Shown here: piece by piece, positions 59,349 to 64,000 of the stretch
Numbering within the stretch: position 1 is the first letter of the stretch
How the letters are laid out: each line of letters opens with the position of its first letter
Source: an uncultured Pseudomonadales bacterium
Lineage (GTDB): Bacteria > Patescibacteriota > Microgenomatia > UBA1400 > PJMF01
NCBI GenBank assembly: GCA_964607285.1
Contig: CAZSJW010000004.1
Coordinates: forward strand, 7,063-71,062
DNA: 64,000 nucleotides
Direction: 5' to 3'
The notes under the pieces: generated by a model
What the model saw: the letters and a program-made list of their open reading frames with translations, nothing else
Database searches by the model: none
Told to the model about the DNA's origin: nothing
Position numbers and translations under genes: made by a program

Positions 59349-61436
59349 ATGTACACGTTCGCCACTCCACTGGAAACCGTCAAAGGCATTGGTCCTAAGT
59401 TACAGCAACTACTTGTTGATGCAAGCATTTTCACCGTTGGTGACCTACTTAAAACCGTACCGCTTGGCTACGACGATCGATCACAGTTGCTACCTGTTGC
59501 AGAACTCAAAACACAAGAACCAAACGCACCATGCAGCATCAAAGCGCAGGTGTTCAACACCAGTATGGTTCGCAGACCTGGACGCACAATGCAGACTGCT
59601 ACGGTCAAAGATGAAAGTGGCAGCACCAAGCTGCTGTGGTTTAACAACTCCTTTGTAATCCCATCTCTCAAACGGGGGGAGTGGTACTACTTTGCAGGTA
59701 AAATCAGCAAAACTGGCACTCTAATTCAACCAACTTTTGAACGCGCAACTGGAGAGACTCTTCACACAAATCGCCTTGTACCAAGGTACACCGGTACGCT
59801 CCTACTCAAACAAGGCTCACTGCGACGAATTCTCAAGCATATTTTGGATGACTTACTCAAGAATGATGTGCCTGAAGATGACGAACTTACTCAAGTAGCA
59901 GCAAAACTATCCTATAGCGTTCCTACAATACTACAAAGTCTATCAATCTTGCACTTTCCCGACTCGCAAGAGGCTGTTCCTGCGGCACGAGAACGCTTAG
60001 CCCTAGAAGAACTGATCTCACTCATCAAAGAATCGAAACGCCTAAAACTCGAGTGGCAGGAAATGAGTACGCCCAGTGCGCAACTCAAGCAACTACCCGA
60101 ACGTCACGAATCCGAGCAGAGTATTACAACAATTCTAGGCACTTACAATCTACCGACCTTACCATTTTCCCTGACTGCAGCACAGCAAAAAAGCCTGACA
60201 GACATCCTCAACGACCTGAGCAACACGCAACCCATGAATAGACTCCTAGTGGGCGACGTGGGATCTGGTAAAACAATTGTCGCATTCCTCGCACTCGAAG
60301 CAATCATTCTATCAGGTTCGCACGCTGTCCTGATTGCGCCTACTCAGATCTTAGCGGAACAACACGCTCGAAAATTTGTCGAGCAGTTTCCCCAGATTCC
60401 AAGCATGCTCATAACAGGCAAGTCACTCCGAGAAACCCCAGAAACACCCACCTGCCTGATTGGAACACATGCTATCCTCAGTCGCTGGGAACAACTATCC
60501 GAACATGCCTCGGTGGGATTAGTAGTCTTTGACGAGCAACACAGATTCGGGGTAGGACAGCGTTCTGAACTCTTTGCGCATACCAACGAAACAATTCCAC
60601 ATCGCCTAACGATGACTGCTACACCAATCCCCAGAAGCTTGATGCTAACGATTTTTTCACACCTCTCACTCTCTGTGATAGATGAGCTACCAGCTAACCG
60701 CTTGCCCACGAAAACATGGCTGCTGCCAGAGAAGAAGCGTGAAAACTTTCACGAGTGGCTTGCAACCGAGATCAAGACAGGAAAGTCCCGTGAAAAATTA
60801 TTCCAGGCTATAATTGTCTGCCCTTTCATTGATAAATCGGAGCAGGAAAGTCATGAGCATATTCCAGCAGCCACGGATCGCTTTGCCGAGTTGCAATCAT
60901 GGGCTTCACAAAACCAGATCAAGATTGCACTCCTGCACAGTAGACTGCCCGCCAAACAGAAACAAACAACCATAACAGCTTTGTTTGCCGGTGAAATTGA
61001 TGTGCTGGTTACCACCCCAATTGTTGAGGTTGGTGTGGATATTCCCCAAGCCAGCGCCATGGTTATAGAAGCTGCCGAACGATTTGGCTTGGCAAGTCTC
61101 CATCAGCTTCGGGGTAGAGTAGGAAGAGCAGGACAGCAGGGGTACTGTGCTTTGTTTCGCTCGCCAGATTCACCCAGCACACCCAATAAACGACTCAAGT
61201 TATTCACTGAGACAAACTCAGGGCAAGAGTTAGCAGATCTAGACTTACAATTCCGAGGTCCAGGCGATCTTTTTGGCACCCAACAAAGCGGCTTTGATCA
61301 CCTGCAGTTTGCCAGCTGGACAAACTTTGAGCTAATTGGCAGAGCAAAGCACATCGCCGATCATCTTTCTCCCGATTGGCAATCGTTCTTGACTACGCAT
61401 AATACAGGACGTGACTTTACGCTGCTCGCAAACTAG
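59349..61436 (+). CDS. recG: ATP-dependent DNA helicase RecG
   Basis: N-terminal wedge region (TPLETVKGIGPK), helicase motifs GDVGSGKT and DEQHRFGV, TRG motif region. Confidence 0.85.
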   Translation: MYTFATPLETVKGIGPKLQQLLVDASIFTVGDLLKTVPLGYDDRSQLLPVAELKTQEPNAPCSIKAQVFNTSMVRRPGRTMQTATVKDESGSTKLLWFNNSFVIPSLKRGEWYYFAGKISKTGTLIQPTFERATGETLHTNRLVPRYTGTLLLKQGSLRRILKHILDDLLKNDVPEDDELTQVAAKLSYSVPTILQSLSILHFPDSQEAVPAARERLALEELISLIKESKRLKLEWQEMSTPSAQLKQLPERHESEQSITTILGTYNLPTLPFSLTAAQQKSLTDILNDLSNTQPMNRLLVGDVGSGKTIVAFLALEAIILSGSHAVLIAPTQILAEQHARKFVEQFPQIPSMLITGKSLRETPETPTCLIGTHAILSRWEQLSEHASVGLVVFDEQHRFGVGQRSELFAHTNETIPHRLTMTATPIPRSLMLTIFSHLSLSVIDELPANRLPTKTWLLPEKKRENFHEWLATEIKTGKSREKLFQAIIVCPFIDKSEQESHEHIPAATDRFAELQSWASQNQIKIALLHSRLPAKQKQTTITALFAGEIDVLVTTPIVEVGVDIPQASAMVIEAAERFGLASLHQLRGRVGRAGQQGYCALFRSPDSPSTPNKRLKLFTETNSGQELADLDLQFRGPGDLFGTQQSGFDHLQFASWTNFELIGRAKHIADHLSPDWQSFLTTHNTGRDFTLLAN

Positions 61437-61583
61437 GGAAGTCAAGTGCGCTGCTCACCGATCATCTATATAAGTATTTTATGTTGTTGGTTTTTCAAGC
61501 CTTTTGTGGTATCATAGCAACTTCTGCTCAGCAGGAATTACATACAGAATACGTACAAACTACTATTACAGGGCACTGAGCCC

Positions 61584-64000
61584 ATGCCACTGCCACCAAT
61601 CACAATCATTATTCCGGTTAAAAATGAAGAGCGGTCACTGACACCGTTGGTTGCTCGTATTGATGCCGCACTAACTGCTCGAAAAATCAAATACTCAGTC
61701 ATCGTCATAGACGATCACTCCACTGATGATACAGAAAAAGTTCTCAATCGGCTTGCAAAAAACTTTCCCCTAACCTGGCGTGTCAAACAAGGCAAACCTG
61801 GCAAAGCATTTTCCATCCTGGAAGCTGCAGAGATCGCTACCACTCCGTACCTAGCGATGATCGATGCAGACTTGCAGTACCCCCCAGAAGTCATCCCTGA
61901 CATGCTGGAGTTGACCCAACAGTTTGGAGTCGTGGTGGCCCGACGCAAAATTCAAGAAGAAGGCTTTTTGCGTAAAGTAACTAGTACTGGTTTTCGATTC
62001 TTTTTTGGCAGAGTGCTGTATGGTTTAACCGTTGACGTTCAATCTGGACTCAAAGTGTTTCGCCGAGACATCATTCAGCATGTACTTACCGAAGACGTTG
62101 GTCCTTGGACAATTGACATTCCATTATTAAATACCGCGCTTGAACTTGGCTACACCATTGGTGAAGTTGAAATTGATTTTGCCGCTAGAGAGTTTGGCGA
62201 GTCAAAAATCAAACTGTTCCAAAGCATTCGCGACATTGGTGGACATGCCATAACCTACAAACTTAAACAACGAGCACCGCTTCAAATTCCACCAGAGTCT
62301 CCCGATACCATGACTGGTGCAGGTGTGATTCTGAAAAAAACTGAGTTCGTCACCCACACAACGCTGGAACACGAAAACTCAGCAGTGTACACCGTGACAC
62401 CAAAACAGAAGCTGACGGTATTGGCGTTGCTCGCCATAATTATTTTGGGAGTATCATTTAATGCGCTCGAGACTGCCAAAGTCCTCGTTGCCATCCTAAG
62501 CTTCATTTACTTTATAGATGTATTGTTTAATCTATTCCTTATTGTCCGCAGTCTACGCAACCCACCCGAGCTGGTAGTTTCAGATGCCGAACTAGCCAAA
62601 CTTCGTGACAAAGACTTACCAACCTACACAATTCTTTGCCCACTATATAAAGAAGCGCACATCCTGCCAATGTTCTTGGAATCAATCAGCAAAATGGATT
62701 GGCCAAAAAATAAACTCGAAGTGTTGCTGCTCTTAGAAAAAGACGATCGAACAACTGTTGAAGCTGCATACGCAATGAACTTGCCAAAGTATGTCAAAGT
62801 TCTCGTCGTCCCTGACTCACAACCAAAGACCAAACCAAAAGCATGCAACTATGGACTCAACCATGCGCATGGTGAGTACCTTGTAATCTACGACGCAGAG
62901 GACATTCCTGATCCACAGCAGCTCAAGAAAGTCTACGCAGCATTCCAAAGTGTGCCAAGCAACATTCGTTGTATTCAAGCTAAACTCAACTACTTTAATC
63001 CTAATCAAAACTTGTTAACTCGTTTCTTCACTTCAGAGTACTCGCTGTGGTTTGACGTGATCTTAACTGGTTTGCAGTCCATCAATACAACAATTCCCCT
63101 TGGTGGCACCAGCAATCACTTCCGCACCCAAGACTTATTAGAACTCAAAGGCTGGGATCCGTTCAATGTTACGGAAGATGCAGACCTTGGTATTCGTTTG
63201 TTCAAGCTCGGTGCCAAAACCGCCATCATTGACTCCATAACCCTCGAAGAAGCAAATAGTAGTTGGACCAACTGGCTGCGCCAGCGCTCCCGCTGGATCA
63301 AGGGATACATGCAGACGTACTTGGTACACATGCGCCACCCAATCACCTTCATGCGCGAGAACGGTATTCATGCTCTGGTGTTCCACCTGACCATGGGTGG
63401 CAAAATTGCCTTTTTGTTCATCAATCCACTTATGTGGTTTTTGACTATTGGGTACTTTGCGGCATACGCTTGGGTTGGACCCACGATCGAAGAATTGTAT
63501 CCATCTATTGTTTTCTACATGGCCGGTAGCTCACTGGTCTTCGGCAACTTCATGTTCATGTACTACTACATGATTGGCGTTGCCAAAAGAGAGCAGTGGC
63601 AACTAATGAAATTTGTGTTATGTATTCCTTTTTATTGGTTGATGGTTAGTGCTGCCGCATGTATTGCTTTACAGCAGTTAATTTTCAAACCACATTATTG
63701 GGAAAAAACTATTCATGGGCTGCACCTCAAAAAAGAAAAACTAGAAGAAGAATTGCAGGAGCAGCAGGAAGCGGTGATTCCAGCGTTGGCGGCCACGCAT
63801 ATTCCGACTGAAAAACCATCTCGGTGGTGGAGTCCAGGACGCTTAACCAATCTCATGAAGCAGCGCAAAGTCTATGTTAGCGGAACAATTTTAGTGGGAG
63901 CTTCGTTGGTTGCAAGTTTGATGAACTTAGCACTTAGTGCCTATTTGGGTCGCACGCTTCCATTAGCAACTTTTGGACTTTTGAACCTAGTCAATAGTTT
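61584..64000 (+). CDS. Multidomain membrane glycosyltransferase: GT2 (DPM1-like) + TM + processive GT2 (D, DxD, TED, QRSRW motifs) + C-terminal TM region; runs off the 3' end of the window
   Basis: Manual translation is open from the ATG at 61584 to the window end: IIIPVKNEE..VIVIDDHSTDDT, then YDAEDIP..TEDADLG..QRSRWIKG; the ORF track has no entry because no stop codon falls in the window. Confidence 0.7.
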   Translation, partial: MPLPPITIIIPVKNEERSLTPLVARIDAALTARKIKYSVIVIDDHSTDDTEKVLNRLAKNFPLTWRVKQGKPGKAFSILEAAEIATTPYLAMIDADLQYPPEVIPDMLELTQQFGVVVARRKIQEEGFLRKVTSTGFRFFFGRVLYGLTVDVQSGLKVFRRDIIQHVLTEDVGPWTIDIPLLNTALELGYTIGEVEIDFAAREFGESKIKLFQSIRDIGGHAITYKLKQRAPLQIPPESPDTMTGAGVILKKTEFVTHTTLEHENSAVYTVTPKQKLTVLALLAIIILGVSFNALETAKVLVAILSFIYFIDVLFNLFLIVRSLRNPPELVVSDAELAKLRDKDLPTYTILCPLYKEAHILPMFLESISKMDWPKNKLEVLLLLEKDDRTTVEAAYAMNLPKYVKVLVVPDSQPKTKPKACNYGLNHAHGEYLVIYDAEDIPDPQQLKKVYAAFQSVPSNIRCIQAKLNYFNPNQNLLTRFFTSEYSLWFDVILTGLQSINTTIPLGGTSNHFRTQDLLELKGWDPFNVTEDADLGIRLFKLGAKTAIIDSITLEEANSSWTNWLRQRSRWIKGYMQTYLVHMRHPITFMRENGIHALVFHLTMGGKIAFLFINPLMWFLTIGYFAAYAWVGPTIEELYPSIVFYMAGSSLVFGNFMFMYYYMIGVAKREQWQLMKFVLCIPFYWLMVSAAACIALQQLIFKPHYWEKTIHGLHLKKEKLEEELQEQQEAVIPALAATHIPTEKPSRWWSPGRLTNLMKQRKVYVSGTILVGASLVASLMNLALSAYLGRTLPLATFGLLNLVNS

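Overview
This window reads as a gene-dense, mostly core chromosomal segment from a small-genome bacterium with a Gram-positive-type cell wall. My guess is a CPR/Patescibacteria (Saccharimonadia-like) lineage. The basis is moderate GC, short intergenic regions, a cell-wall set of FemAB-like + UppP + class-A PBP, many GT-C and GT2 membrane glycosyltransferases, and numerous lineage-specific hypothetical proteins. I called about 60 CDS on both strands and three tRNAs (Ile-GAT, Cys-GCA, Val-GAC). A type-A bacterial RNase P RNA sits on the minus strand at about 20368-20758; the ORF track misses it and covers it with spurious ORFs. Recognisable genes are the clpB 3' end, lon, tpiA, uvrD/pcrA, a femAB-family gene, pyrH, gapA, comM/yifB, uppP, miaA, a miaB-like gene, tig, an aldehyde dehydrogenase, infC-rpmI-rplT-ORF-pheS-pheT, a class-A PBP, tyrA-tyrS, recG, and a multidomain GT2 protein that runs off the 3' end. 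I found no CRISPR array, transposase, integrase, or recognisable defence or toxin-antitoxin cassette. The most interesting signals are: (1) a Tyr-codon-rich 22-aa leader ORF followed by an intrinsic terminator just upstream of the co-transcribed tyrA-tyrS pair, which I read as a candidate attenuator. (2) TyrRS with an N-terminal B3/4 domain, and PheS with an N-terminal AlaX-like domain. (3) A CIRCE-like inverted repeat plus two 29-nt direct repeats in front of lon. (4) A near-perfect 23-bp inverted repeat in the recG leader. All functional calls rest on motif recognition by eye; I ran no database searches.
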